A stretch of DNA of 62,348 nt, counting the filler. It is 5 parts of 5 records of this genome, joined end to end, with 100 filler letters (N's around TTAATTAATTAA, not from the genome) between each part and the next. Parts side by side here need not be neighbours in the genome. Positions count along the whole stretch, not along the records: positions 13,589 to 33,782 come from SRR20825010_781; 4 more parts are not named here. One strand, 5' to 3'. This document shows positions 19,402 to 29,599 of the stretch, in pieces (position 1 is the stretch's first letter; the number at the start of each line of letters is the position of its first letter). Made by a program: the position numbers and the translations under genes. The notes beneath the pieces were generated by a model, which was given only the letters and a program-made list of their open reading frames with translations, was not told where the DNA came from and did no database searches.

Positions 19402-21583
19402 TATTTTTACCCACCTGATTCAAGCCCTGATCGGCACAAGCGCCGGGATCCTGATAGTGCTGCTGCTGAGGCGCCACACTCGCGCCGCTTTTGGTGCCCG
19501 CACGGCTTATGCGCTGTGGCTCATCGTGCCCATCGCGCTAGTCGCGAGCCTGCTGCCAGCGGAACTGATTTTCACCACACCTGCAAAGACCGCTAACCCG
19601 GTGCAGGAACGAGCTGCCGTCTCAGATACCCTGCAGGCACTGCCCAAGGGGCAGCCCACCGCGCAACCGGCCCCGGCACAGCATATTGTTCGGGCGGCTC
19701 AGCCGCTTGCTACAAATACACCGACTGATGTTGGCCCGTGGCTCTTTGGTTTGTGGCTGACAGGTACACTCGGCAGCCTTGCGGCTCTCGGCTATCGCCA
19801 GAAGCGTTTCCTGCAGAAGCACGGTCTGGTACGCACACCTAAAAAACGCGTATCCAAACATGCCAAAGTCGGCCCTGCGGTTTTTGGTTTTGTCACGCCC
19901 CGCATTGTGGTGCCGGACAACTTCACTGCCGCCTATAGCGCGCTTGAGCGCAGGCTGATACTGGCGCACGAACAAGCCCACATCCGCGCAGGCGACATGC
20001 AGATGAATGCGCTGGCCGTGGCCATACGGTGCCTGAACTGGTTCAACCCGCTGGCCTATGTGGCTTACGGCTTGTTCCGCACCGATCAGGAACTGGCGTG
20101 CGACGAACGGGTCATGCGCAAGTTTGGCCAGCATCGCCGGGCTTATGCGGAAACACTGCTCAAATCCCAGTTGATGGGCGACCAGGCACCGCTTGGCTGC
20201 GCCTGGTTCGGTAGTGGCCGTCACCCGCTCACCGACCGGGTAAAACGCCTTGCCCGGCACGAGCTTAGCCCGGTTCGCCAGACGCTTGGTGCGCTGACAC
20301 TCGTAACTGCCACCAGCCTTTCCGGCGTGGCAGCATGGGCCGCGCTTTCAAGTCAGGTTATCTATATCGCAGACAATAGTGCGTTCACAGGTGAGGACGT
20401 GCCCGTTGCCCCGCTTGAGCGAGTGGTAACAGCCGATGTGCTTAGGGATGCGCAAGGCGCTGCCCTTGTGGATGCGATCCTCGAAGGCCGCACCCGACAC
20501 GCAGAGGCCCTTTTGAGCGCAGGCGTGAATGTAGATTATGATGCGCGTGGCGACGGCACACCGCTATTGGTTGCCGCTCTCAAAGGCGATTTTGACATGG
20601 TGAAAACCCTGCTTGAGGCTGGAGCGGACGTGAACGGTTTCTCCCCCGGCAGTGGTACGCCTTTGTTGGTAGCCGCGCGACGTGGCGATGAAAGCATGGT
20701 GAAAACCCTGCTTGATGCCGGCGCAGACATAAATAAAGCGGCACCCGGTGACGGTACACCGCTTCTTGTTGCGGCACGCCGTGGTGATAGATCCATGGTT
20801 GAGGTCCTGCTAGAAGCCGGGGCGGACGTGAACGGTTTCTCCCCCGGTGATGGAACCCCGCTTCTCGTGGCGGCGCGGCGCGGGAACACAGCCATGGTAG
20901 AGGCCCTTCTGGAAGCTGGTGCTGACATCAATCAGGTGGCCCCTGGTGACGGCACGCCTCTTCTTGTCGCTGTAAGGGCGGGTGAAACAGCCACCACCGA
21001 ACTGCTGCTTGAGGCGGGAGCTGATATAAACGGTGTTGCACCCGGCGACGGCACGCCGCTTATTGTGGCGGCTCAACGCGGTGACGACGTGATGGTCAAG
21101 TCGCTTTTGAATTTGGGCGCTGATGTTGACGGCTATGCACCGGGCGACGGTACACCGCTGATCGTCGCTGCGCGGGACGGTAACCAGAAAATGGTAGACG
21201 TTCTCCTTGAAGCGGGTGCAGACGTGAATAAGGCAGCACCCGGTGACGGCAATGCGCTTATCATGGCGTCTGTGGTGGGGAATCTCCCCATGGTGGAACA
21301 GCTTGTTAGCGTTGGCGCGGATGTGAACGGCTTTGTGCCTGGGGACGAAACACCACTCATTGGTGCGGCACGGGCCGGGCATGTGGATGTGGCTGAGTTC
21401 CTGATCGGGAAAGGGGCCGATGTTAACCTTCGGGTAAAAGCCGGCAACGTGTGGAATGGCCGCGTGGCGGGGAGAGCCATTCACCGGTCACCCCTCGGCC
21501 AAGCGCTGCGGTACGGCCATGATGATATGGCTGCCCTCCTGCGCAAACATGGTGCTACAGAGCCCGTTGAAGAAGAAGAGTAG
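19391..21583 (+). CDS. BlaR1-like M56 metallopeptidase fused to C-terminal ankyrin repeats
   Basis: AYALWLIVP, GPAVFGFVTPRIVVP, ILAHEQAH (HExxH), WFNPL, DQELACDE, YAETL, a further TM, then 11 ankyrin-like repeats. Confidence 0.93.
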   Translation: MTSDIFTHLIQALIGTSAGILIVLLLRRHTRAAFGARTAYALWLIVPIALVASLLPAELIFTTPAKTANPVQERAAVSDTLQALPKGQPTAQPAPAQHIVRAAQPLATNTPTDVGPWLFGLWLTGTLGSLAALGYRQKRFLQKHGLVRTPKKRVSKHAKVGPAVFGFVTPRIVVPDNFTAAYSALERRLILAHEQAHIRAGDMQMNALAVAIRCLNWFNPLAYVAYGLFRTDQELACDERVMRKFGQHRRAYAETLLKSQLMGDQAPLGCAWFGSGRHPLTDRVKRLARHELSPVRQTLGALTLVTATSLSGVAAWAALSSQVIYIADNSAFTGEDVPVAPLERVVTADVLRDAQGAALVDAILEGRTRHAEALLSAGVNVDYDARGDGTPLLVAALKGDFDMVKTLLEAGADVNGFSPGSGTPLLVAARRGDESMVKTLLDAGADINKAAPGDGTPLLVAARRGDRSMVEVLLEAGADVNGFSPGDGTPLLVAARRGNTAMVEALLEAGADINQVAPGDGTPLLVAVRAGETATTELLLEAGADINGVAPGDGTPLIVAAQRGDDVMVKSLLNLGADVDGYAPGDGTPLIVAARDGNQKMVDVLLEAGADVNKAAPGDGNALIMASVVGNLPMVEQLVSVGADVNGFVPGDETPLIGAARAGHVDVAEFLIGKGADVNLRVKAGNVWNGRVAGRAIHRSPLGQALRYGHDDMAALLRKHGATEPVEEEE
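20456..21556 (+). repeat. ankyrin repeat array, 33-aa/99-bp period
   Basis: Nine internal copies resembling TPLLVAARRG..MV..LLEAGADVN...PGDG plus two capping repeats. Confidence 0.95.
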
Positions 21584-21622
21584 CGTGGCCAACCCAACGG
21601 CCAAGCCGAGCCAGTAGCCAAC

Positions 21623-21657
21623 AAAAAAAACCCGCCTCTCATTTGAGGCGGGTTTTT
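21623..21657. terminator. bidirectional intrinsic terminator
   Basis: A8-CCCGCCTC-TCATTT-GAGGCGGG-T5 between convergent genes. Confidence 0.88.
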
Positions 21658-21683
21658 CTATAACTGAGATAGAGAAGAGAGGC

Positions 21684-22184
21684 TTAAGCGGCCAGCTCTT
21701 TCTCAAGCTTAACCATCGCTGCCGCTTCGTCGATATCCTCAACGGCTGCAAGTTCACGAGCCAGACGGCCAAGCGCAGATTCGTAAATCTGGCGTTCGCT
21801 GTAAGACTGCTCAGGCTGATCAGCGCCACGGTGAAGGTCGCGAACAACCTCCGCGATGGAGACAAGATCACCAGAGTTGATCTTTGCTTCATATTCCTGT
21901 GCCCGACGGCTCCACATCGTGCGTTTGATGCGCGCTTTGCCCTTAAGCGTGGTGAACGCTTCCTTGAGCGTGGCATCATTGGAAAGACGACGCATGCCGC
22001 TGGCTTCCGCTTTGCCTGTTGGTACCCGAAGCGTCATGCGCTCTTTTTCAAAGCGAATCACATAAAGTTCAAGCTTCAGGCCAGAGATTTCCTGAACCTC
22101 AAGCTCAGTGATCCGGCCCACGCCGTGCTTGGGGTAAACAATGTAATCACCGACTGCAAAGGGATGTTTACTGGATTTTGCCAT
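21684..22184 (-). CDS. carD: CarD/CdnL RNA polymerase-binding factor
   Basis: VVYP-like IVYPKHGVG, MWSRRAQEYEAKINSG, QSYSERQIYE. Confidence 0.95.
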   Translation of the reverse strand: MAKSSKHPFAVGDYIVYPKHGVGRITELEVQEISGLKLELYVIRFEKERMTLRVPTGKAEASGMRRLSNDATLKEAFTTLKGKARIKRTMWSRRAQEYEAKINSGDLVSIAEVVRDLHRGADQPEQSYSERQIYESALGRLARELAAVEDIDEAAAMVKLEKELAA

Positions 22185-22543
22185 AGTGGTTCTATGTCCT
22201 TCTTATCTAAGGCAGGCGCACCTGCCATAATATCCGGGTCCCGACGGGCACGGTCCTCGCGCGCTCAATAGCTCAGCAAGGCTGCGGAAACCCTTGAGAA
22301 AAGCGCTATCAAAAGCTTTTCCGTCAAACTGCGTCAAAAAAACCGTTGCACCACCCCGCTCAGGGCGGCACAATCAAGCCTCAATTCAGCATCTTCAAAT
22401 TTGGGCGGTTCCAGCCACCACGCGCGAGCCCACTTGCCGCAATTGGATCGCGCAATCCCTTCTTGTAACACAAAATTAGTAATTTTTACAGTCAAATCGC
22501 ATTTTTTGGCTCTATTGCTTGATCCTGCGACGTTTGAGCGCAC

Positions 22544-22572
22544 AAAAAAACCGGGCCATTCAGCCCGGTTTT
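22544..22572 (-). terminator. intrinsic terminator downstream of fdxA
   Basis: A7-CCGGGC-CATTCA-GCCCGG-TTTT. Confidence 0.75.
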
Positions 22573-22652
22573 CAAATTAAGCAATTGATGCAAAAGCAAT
22601 AATATTGTGCGCGGAAGCCCCTAAAAGCCCCAGAAACCGTGTACTGCGCGGC

Positions 22653-22988
22653 TTAGTTGCTTTCGCCTGGCTTGTCAGAGAAGTACTCCATCTTGCCTTC
22701 TTTGCCTTTCCAGTCATCCGCGTCAGCGGGCTGCTCGCCCTTCGCGGTGATGTTTGGCCATTCTTCCGAATATTTGGTGTTCAGCTCGAGCCATTCTTCC
22801 ATGCCGTCTTCCGTATCAGGCAGGATTGCTTCGGCCGGGCATTCAGGTTCGCACACGCCGCAGTCAATGCATTCGTTCGGGTTGATCACCAGCATGTTTT
22901 CACCTTCGTAAAAACAGTCAACCGGACAAACCTCAACACAGTCCATATATTTACATTTGATGCATGCCTCAGTGACGACATAGGTCAT
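22653..22988 (-). CDS. fdxA: 7Fe ferredoxin
   Basis: [18 protein letters not shown] and [12 protein letters not shown]. Confidence 0.96.
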   Translation of the reverse strand: MTYVVTEACIKCKYMDCVEVCPVDCFYEGENMLVINPNECIDCGVCEPECPAEAILPDTEDGMEEWLELNTKYSEEWPNITAKGEQPADADDWKGKEGKMEYFSDKPGESN

Positions 22989-23187
22989 GGGCGTCTCCTT
23001 TATTCCGCAAACCTGTAAACTCGTGGTTCTTTCATTGGCTTTATGCCGAAAAGCGCGGCCTTGGGCAACGGCTTTATATGCAAGAGATTCTTATGTGCAC
23101 AAATTGTTTGGCTTGCTCATCAGCCATCACTGTATGACACTGAAGGTGGGTAAATCTTTTCTTTTTACCAATTAGAAGACCAGAGCC

Positions 23188-23532
23188 TTGTTTGAGATAC
23201 TCGTTTTATGCCTTTTGTTCGTTTTCCAATGCTTCGTTTGCTACGCGGTGGCTCGGCTTTACTCCCGCGCTTTGATTTGGACAAAAATCATAGGACTGAA
23301 GATGATAAGACTCACCATGGCTATGGCATTATGGCTCATTGTTGCAGCATTCCTTTTGATAATGCCCGGTGGGGCTGTCTGGGTTGCCGGTAGCCACTTC
23401 CACATAGAAGCGGACTTAGGCTGGGTATATATCGCGGGATTGTTCGCAGACATCCCCGCTGTATATCTTGGAATGCATGGATTTCAGCTGTCGCTCCGTA
23501 ATGCTGGTTATTTCAGTCGGGACAAATTGTGA
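23188..23532 (+). CDS. hypothetical membrane protein
   Basis: Three hydrophobic segments; AT-rich; GTGA overlap with the next ORF; start uncertain. Confidence 0.5.
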   Translation: MFEILVLCLLFVFQCFVCYAVARLYSRALIWTKIIGLKMIRLTMAMALWLIVAAFLLIMPGGAVWVAGSHFHIEADLGWVYIAGLFADIPAVYLGMHGFQLSLRNAGYFSRDKL

Positions 23533-23768
23533 CACAACTTATTTCATACACCACATCTTCGAACTACTCTCACTTGGTTGTTGAAGCGCAACCAGAGGGT
23601 ACATACATCTTCCTGTATAAATTCAAAGACTCTCTGTTTCCTGAAAAAGATTATCTGGCAGATGATCTAAAAACAGCAATGGAGATATGCGAGGAAGACT
23701 ATCAGGTTCCGACAAACAGCTGGACCAAATACGATGGACCTCAGTTAATGAAACACCGTTCAGACTAA
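23529..23768 (+). CDS. small acidic hypothetical protein
   Basis: 79-aa ORF with YIFLY...DYLADDLKTAMEICEEDYQV...W; coupled to the previous ORF. Confidence 0.6.
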   Translation: MTQLISYTTSSNYSHLVVEAQPEGTYIFLYKFKDSLFPEKDYLADDLKTAMEICEEDYQVPTNSWTKYDGPQLMKHRSD

Positions 23769-23770
23769 AG

Positions 23771-24169
23771 CTAACGGTCCATCAGCTTATCGATAGCGCG
23801 GCGCTCTGCTTTGGTGGGGCGGCCTGCGCCTGCGTCCCTGAGGGCGGGCGCTGTCCTCTTCTCTTCCGCCAGCTCCTTCTTCTGATCCTCAATGGGGGAG
23901 AGGTCGTCATAAAGTGTTTGCGCCTCCGCGGCCGGGCCGCGGCGCGTGCCAAGCGCGAGGATTTTCACCACGCGGATATGGGGGCCTTGCGGGAAGGTCA
24001 GCACCTGCCCCGCCTTCACAGTAGCGGACGCCTTGGAAACAACGGTGCCATCCACGCGAACCTTGCGTGCCTTGCAAACGGTGCTGGCGATGGAGCGGGA
24101 CTTGAAAAACCGGGCATGCCAGAGCCATTTATCCAGCCTGATCTGCCCGGTCTCGAGATTTTCAGCCAT
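23771..24169 (-). CDS. RNA-binding S4 domain protein (Hsp15-like)
   Basis: RLDKWLWHARFFKSRS, RRGPAAEAQTLY, GRPTKAERR. Confidence 0.92.
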   Translation of the reverse strand: MAENLETGQIRLDKWLWHARFFKSRSIASTVCKARKVRVDGTVVSKASATVKAGQVLTFPQGPHIRVVKILALGTRRGPAAEAQTLYDDLSPIEDQKKELAEEKRTAPALRDAGAGRPTKAERRAIDKLMDR

Positions 24170-24178
24170 CAGAGGCTG

Positions 24179-27175
24179 CTATTTCTTTTTTTGCAGGGTC
24201 TCTTTAAGGCCTGCAAGTGCTGCAAAAGGCGAGTCTGGGTCGGCCTGTTTTTCGCGGCGAGGTGGGCGCGCCGTATGCACACGCTGGCCTTGCGGCTTGC
24301 CACCCTTGCCTTTTGGGCCTTTACCCGGACCTTTACCACGCGGACGATCTGACTTGTCCCCATGTTCGCCGCCTTTGGCGCCATTTTGGGCAAAAGCTTT
24401 CCCTTGCGGCTTGCCACCCTTGCGGCCTTCGCCTTGCGGGCGGGCTTTGCGCTTGGGCGCCCATGAGAAAAAGTAACGCTCTACAAGCTCTTCCTCTGCA
24501 GAATCACCCTCTGTCGCGTCGCTCTCTTGGGCTTCAGCTTCTGATGGTTTAGGTGCTTCAGGTGCATCTGCCTCAACCACGGCTTCAGCAGGTGCAGCTT
24601 CTTCAGCATCAACCTCAGGCTCTGCGGCAGGAGCAGTTTCCTCTGCAGTTTCTGGTGTAGCTTCCGGCGCAGCCTCTGCTGGAGTAGCCTCCTGCGCCGC
24701 ATCGTCTGCATTGGCTTCTTCCGCTTCAGGCTTTTCTTCCACCTTCGGTGCCGCTGGTACTTTGCGCACTTCGTGTTTGTAGCCCGCAGCCTGCATCACC
24801 TCGGCAAAGTCTTCACCGGAAAGGCCAACAAGGCCCATAATCTCAGGTGTTACTTCAAACCAGCCACTGCCTTGGCCCATCGGGCGTACAGCATCAGCAA
24901 GGCGCTCAAGCATATCCATACGTACCGCTTTTTTGCCGCACACCTGGAAACCGGCCATCTCGTAAAACTCACGCGGTGCTGTCTCTTCCGTCTCCACCCA
25001 CACCATGCCCGGTGTTGGCAGGCTTGGAAGAGCGGTCAGCTTGCCAGCCATCGCCCACATCATCAGCCTGAGCTCATTGGCATGCGGCTTGAGGATAACG
25101 GGGATATAAAGGCTGGAGGCACCAATACGAATGCCAAAGCGGCGCAGGCCTTTGCGGGCATCCTGGTCGAGCTGACGCAGGTCACCGTCCACAAGGCTTC
25201 TGGAGATTACGCCGTAATTCTCCAGCAAGCGATACGCCACACCGCGCGCAAGACCGGAAAGCGGTGCCGCACCTTCAGGTGCTTCGGTGTCTCCGTTCAG
25301 CTCACCCGCAAGTTTCAAGAGCGGTTCGAGCTTCTCTGCGATACGCGTGTCCAGCCACTCTTGTGCTTTATCGCGCACGAGGTCTGCGTTCTCGCCCTGC
25401 AACAGCGTGGAAGCCACCAGCTTCACACGTGGTGCAAACAAAGCGCCGCTGTCATGCAGGGTCGCGATAGGCGCGCCTTCCCACATAAGCTTCGGGTATG
25501 CCAGACCTTCTGTGAAATCAAACGCCAGCGTCTTATAGCCCACATTGGCAAACAGCTTTGCACGGCGGGTCAGTTCCACCTGCAGTGCTGCTTCTGCCGC
25601 TGCCTTGAGCATCTTCTGGTCGTCACGGGCTGCGCCCGGCTCAACGCGGAAGGAAAATCCATTCAGTTCACCGATTTCGTGTCCTTCGACCGAAACCTGG
25701 TTTGTCTCGTCATCAATGCTCACGCTAAGTTCGCCCCTATGCCTGAGCGAGCGCATCAGAACAGCCGTTCGCCTGTCCACAAAGCGCTGGGTTAATTTTT
25801 CATGCAGGGCGTCGGACAACCTGTCCTCAACACTGCGCGTAACATGCGCCCAATGGGCAGCATCCTGAAGCCAGCCTTTCCGGTGCGAAACGTAAGTCCA
25901 AATCCGGATACTGGCAATTCGACCGGCCAAGGTATCTATATCGCCGCTTGTATTGTCAAGGCGCTTGACCTGCCTTGCGATCCAATCGTGCGGAATTGTG
26001 CCTTTTGGGCCCATCAGATCAACAAAGATGCGACGTAGAAGAGAAATGTGATCATCATGTGACAATTTGCGGAAATCGGGAATTTGGCAGACATTCCAAA
26101 GCCTTTCCACGGCTTCCGCATGTGTGACAAGGGAACTGATACCGTCATCGGCACTCATTTTCTTGAGTGCCGTGAGGTCAATGGCATCACGGGTGCGGTG
26201 AAGGCCTTCTGTGCGTGCTGGCTGCTCCAGAGAACGAACAAGCCGCGAAATTGTGGAAAAATCGAGCCGGTGATTCCGCCAGAACAGCCGTTTTACCGGC
26301 TCAAACTGGTGCTCTTCGATCTGCGCGACCATCAACGGGTCCATCGGCTCGCCACCCGAAAGGGTGGAAAACGTACCGTCTTTTTTAAAGCGGCCCGCAC
26401 GGCCTGCAATCTGCGCAGCCTCGGCGGCTGTCAGCTCACGATAGGTCCGGCCGTCAAATTTACTGAGCCCCGCGAAGGAGACATGGCCGATATCAAGGTT
26501 AAGCCCCATGCCGATAGCGTCTGTTGCCACAAGGTGATCAACCTCACCGCTCGCATACATCTCAACCTGCGCATTGCGGGTGCGCGGGGAAAGCGCCCCC
26601 ATCACAATCGCGGCGCCGCCCTTCTGGCGACGGATAAGCTCCGCCATGCCGTAAACATCGGCTGAGGAAAACCCGACCACCGCGCTACGGCGCGGCAGGC
26701 GAGACAGCTTGTTCGCGCGCACGGCCTTCAGCTCTGAAAACCGAGGGCGGGTGACAATCTCAATTTCCGGGATCAGGCGTATAAGCACACTGCGCATCGT
26801 CTCTGCGCCCAGAAGCAGCGTCTCGTGTCGCCCCCGGCTATGCAGCAGATGCTCGGTGAAAATATGGCCGCGTTGCGGGTCTGCTGCCATCTGCACTTCA
26901 TCGATGGCGATAAAATCAGCGACCGCATGGCGCGGCATCGCTTCGGCGGTACAAAGGAAATAGCGCGCGCCTTCCGGCACTATACGTTCTTCGCCGGTGA
27001 CAAGCGCCACCTGGTTCTTGCCCTTCACAGCCACAACACGGTCGTACACTTCCCGTGCAAGCAGCCGAAGCGGAAAGCCCATAACGCCAGAGGCATAGCC
27101 CATCATACGCTCCACCGCATAATGGGTTTTACCCGTATTGGTGGGGCCAAGAACCGCCTTGATGATGCCAGCCAT
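24179..27175 (-). CDS. SUV3-like SF2 helicase (alphaproteobacterial MgpS type)
   Basis: GPTNTGKT, DEVQ, VATDAIGMGLN, QIAGRAGR; acidic low-complexity linker and basic tail ending DPDSPFAALA. Confidence 0.92.
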   Translation of the reverse strand: MAGIIKAVLGPTNTGKTHYAVERMMGYASGVMGFPLRLLAREVYDRVVAVKGKNQVALVTGEERIVPEGARYFLCTAEAMPRHAVADFIAIDEVQMAADPQRGHIFTEHLLHSRGRHETLLLGAETMRSVLIRLIPEIEIVTRPRFSELKAVRANKLSRLPRRSAVVGFSSADVYGMAELIRRQKGGAAIVMGALSPRTRNAQVEMYASGEVDHLVATDAIGMGLNLDIGHVSFAGLSKFDGRTYRELTAAEAAQIAGRAGRFKKDGTFSTLSGGEPMDPLMVAQIEEHQFEPVKRLFWRNHRLDFSTISRLVRSLEQPARTEGLHRTRDAIDLTALKKMSADDGISSLVTHAEAVERLWNVCQIPDFRKLSHDDHISLLRRIFVDLMGPKGTIPHDWIARQVKRLDNTSGDIDTLAGRIASIRIWTYVSHRKGWLQDAAHWAHVTRSVEDRLSDALHEKLTQRFVDRRTAVLMRSLRHRGELSVSIDDETNQVSVEGHEIGELNGFSFRVEPGAARDDQKMLKAAAEAALQVELTRRAKLFANVGYKTLAFDFTEGLAYPKLMWEGAPIATLHDSGALFAPRVKLVASTLLQGENADLVRDKAQEWLDTRIAEKLEPLLKLAGELNGDTEAPEGAAPLSGLARGVAYRLLENYGVISRSLVDGDLRQLDQDARKGLRRFGIRIGASSLYIPVILKPHANELRLMMWAMAGKLTALPSLPTPGMVWVETEETAPREFYEMAGFQVCGKKAVRMDMLERLADAVRPMGQGSGWFEVTPEIMGLVGLSGEDFAEVMQAAGYKHEVRKVPAAPKVEEKPEAEEANADDAAQEATPAEAAPEATPETAEETAPAAEPEVDAEEAAPAEAVVEADAPEAPKPSEAEAQESDATEGDSAEEELVERYFFSWAPKRKARPQGEGRKGGKPQGKAFAQNGAKGGEHGDKSDRPRGKGPGKGPKGKGGKPQGQRVHTARPPRREKQADPDSPFAALAGLKETLQKKK

Positions 27176-27269
27176 AAAAACGCCTAACAGTAACTTAATA
27201 GTGAAGGTTTAGATAACGGTTCCCCGTTCAAAAGTGAAACCCTATAATCATAATTAAACGGGAGCGTGT

Positions 27270-29030
27270 ATGGCTAAACTTGGAATGGACAGGCGACAGA
27301 TCCTTAAAGGTGCGGGCATATTAGGTGGTATTGCGGCGGCGAGAGCGGCCTATGCCTACACGCCCGAAACGCCTAACCCACCTGTCAAAACACCTGGTGA
27401 CCTAGCCATTGCCGAGCGTATCGCGGGCGTGAAATATACGCCTGACGAGCGCGCCATGATCCTCGACGAGCTTGAAGACATGCTCGATCGCCTACGCCGA
27501 CGACGTACAGGCGTGGAGCTAAAAAACTCGGACGCACCCGCCATGGCGTTTGACCCGCGTCTGCCCGGCAAAACCTATGTTGTGCAATCAGGCGGTGTCC
27601 GACTGGCGTCAGGAGAACCGGGGCCACTGCCCAGTGATGAAGCTATTGCCTTCGCCCCCGTACATGCTCAGGCATACTGGATCAAAAACGGGCTTCTGAC
27701 CTCAAGCCGCCTGACGGACATCTATCTGTCGCGTATCAAACGGCTTGACCCAAAGCTCAGGTGCTTCATCACCGTCACCGAGGCGGTCGCGCGCGAGCAG
27801 GCGTGGGAAGCCGATGTAGAAATACGCTCAGGCCGCTATCGGGGGCCACTGCACGGTATCCCGTTTGGGATGAAAGATATCATCGATACCAAAGGCATCA
27901 AGACAACCTGGGGCGCCGCTCCCTATCAGGACCGCACGGCAGAAAATGATGCGGCTGTAACAAAGCGGCTACGCGATGCTGGCGCCGTGCTTCTCGGTAA
28001 AGTCGCTCTGGGCGCTCTTGCCTATGGCGACCTGTGGTTTGGCGGCGTTGTGCGCAACCCCTGGAACATGAATGAGGGTGCATCCGGCTCCAGCGCGGGC
28101 TCCGCCTCCGCCACTGTTGCCGGACTATGCAGCTTCGCCATCGGTACCGAAACCATGGGGTCCATCATCTCACCCTCAACACGCTGCGGCGCCGTAGGGC
28201 TGAGGCCCACGTTTGGCCGCGTGCCCCGCACAGGCGCCATGTCTCTGTGCTGGAGCCTGGATAAAATCGGCCCGATCTGCCGGAGTGTCGAGGACACCGC
28301 GTTGGTGCTGGACGCTATCAACGGCCATGATGGCGGTGATCCCGGTTCGCTGGACTGGGGCTTCGCTTATGACGGCAACTCCGCCACCGCCGGAGATATA
28401 AAGATAGGGTATGACCCCAAATGGTTCACTGGCGAGGATGCCACCGACCTTGACCGGCAGGTCCTTGACCAGCTCAAGGGCATGGGCTTCACGCTGGTGG
28501 AAATTTCGCTGCCAAAACTGCCTTACTCTACCCTGCTCACAACAGTAGAGGTTGAGGCCGCCGCCACGTTTGAGGAGCTGACCCTGTCAGACGACGACGA
28601 CAAACTTATGTGGCAAGGCGACAAGGCCTGGCCCAACACCTTGCGCGCCGCGCGCTTCCACAGCGCCATCGAATATGTCCAGCTGGACCGATTCCGCCGT
28701 CAGGTGATGGAGATGATGCACGGTATGTTCGAGCAGGTGGATATGTTCGCCTGCCCCAACTTCGCAGGCGATATGCTGGTGATCACCAATTATACCGGGC
28801 ATCCGAGCCTTTCGCTGCCGCTGGGACTTATCAAACGCCAGACCTTTCCGCTGACAGGCACAGAGGATAAAAAGCTCGGCTTTGAACGCCGTGTGCCATA
28901 CGGCTTTACGCTGTGGGGTAACATGTTCCGGGAAGACCAGTTGGTCGGTGTTGGTCGGCTTCTGGAGCGTGCCGCCAACTTCGGCGCCCACCGCCCCATC
29001 CTCCTTGAAAGCCTGAACCGGGAAGAGTAA
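27270..29030 (+). CDS. amidase signature family protein with Tat signal
   Basis: DRRQILK twin-arginine; [26 protein letters not shown]. Confidence 0.9.
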   Translation: MAKLGMDRRQILKGAGILGGIAAARAAYAYTPETPNPPVKTPGDLAIAERIAGVKYTPDERAMILDELEDMLDRLRRRRTGVELKNSDAPAMAFDPRLPGKTYVVQSGGVRLASGEPGPLPSDEAIAFAPVHAQAYWIKNGLLTSSRLTDIYLSRIKRLDPKLRCFITVTEAVAREQAWEADVEIRSGRYRGPLHGIPFGMKDIIDTKGIKTTWGAAPYQDRTAENDAAVTKRLRDAGAVLLGKVALGALAYGDLWFGGVVRNPWNMNEGASGSSAGSASATVAGLCSFAIGTETMGSIISPSTRCGAVGLRPTFGRVPRTGAMSLCWSLDKIGPICRSVEDTALVLDAINGHDGGDPGSLDWGFAYDGNSATAGDIKIGYDPKWFTGEDATDLDRQVLDQLKGMGFTLVEISLPKLPYSTLLTTVEVEAAATFEELTLSDDDDKLMWQGDKAWPNTLRAARFHSAIEYVQLDRFRRQVMEMMHGMFEQVDMFACPNFAGDMLVITNYTGHPSLSLPLGLIKRQTFPLTGTEDKKLGFERRVPYGFTLWGNMFREDQLVGVGRLLERAANFGAHRPILLESLNREE

Positions 29031-29199
29031 ACCGGCGCAAAGCCGCACAAATGCTGCGTCGCACGAGTCAAAAAGCTTGACCATGGGAGGCGAATCGTCT
29101 ACTCACCGCGCCAGCTATTGCCGAATCCGGTCTTTAGCGAACATGGACCATAAAGATTCCCGGGGCGATGACCTCGGCAGAAAAACAAGGATAACGAAC

Positions 29200-29493
29200 A
29201 TGTCGCGCGTATGTGAACTGACTGGCAAACGGGTAATGGCGGGTAATAACGTGTCTCACGCACACAACAAAACCCGTCGCCGTTTCTTGCCAAACCTGAC
29301 CAAAGCAACCCTGATTTCCGATACCCTCGGTCGTTCTGTCAGCCTGCGTATTTCTACGCACGCGCTGCGCTCTGTTGAGCACAACGATGGTCTCGATAAT
29401 TTCCTCCTGAAAGCTCGCGACACCGATCTGTCGGCTAACGCTCAGAAGCTGAAGCGGGAAATCAAAAAGAAACAGGCTGCTGCCAAGGCATAA
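29200..29493 (+). CDS. rpmB: 50S ribosomal protein L28
   Basis: [32 protein letters not shown]. Confidence 0.98.
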   Translation: MSRVCELTGKRVMAGNNVSHAHNKTRRRFLPNLTKATLISDTLGRSVSLRISTHALRSVEHNDGLDNFLLKARDTDLSANAQKLKREIKKKQAAAKA

Positions 29494-29537
29494 AGCCCGG
29501 GGCAACCCGCCTCAGGTGCGGGAAGCAAAAGTTTCGG

Positions 29538-29570
29538 AAAACGTCGCAGCACATCGCTGCGGCGTTTTTT
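29538..29570 (+). terminator. intrinsic terminator after rpmB
   Basis: AAAACGTCGCAGC-ACATC-GCTGCGGCGTTTTT. Confidence 0.8.
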
Positions 29571-29599
29571 ATTGGCGAGAGTTGGGCCATTCACGCCCG

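Noticed and set aside
20456-21556. Regular 99-bp periodicity as a CRISPR array or DGR template
   Set aside because: In-frame ankyrin coding repeats with synonymous variation; no unique spacers, cas genes or reverse transcriptase.
24230-24760. Ala/Glu/Pro-rich and Gly/Lys-rich low-complexity stretch
   Set aside because: Disordered tail of the helicase, in frame and usual for this family.
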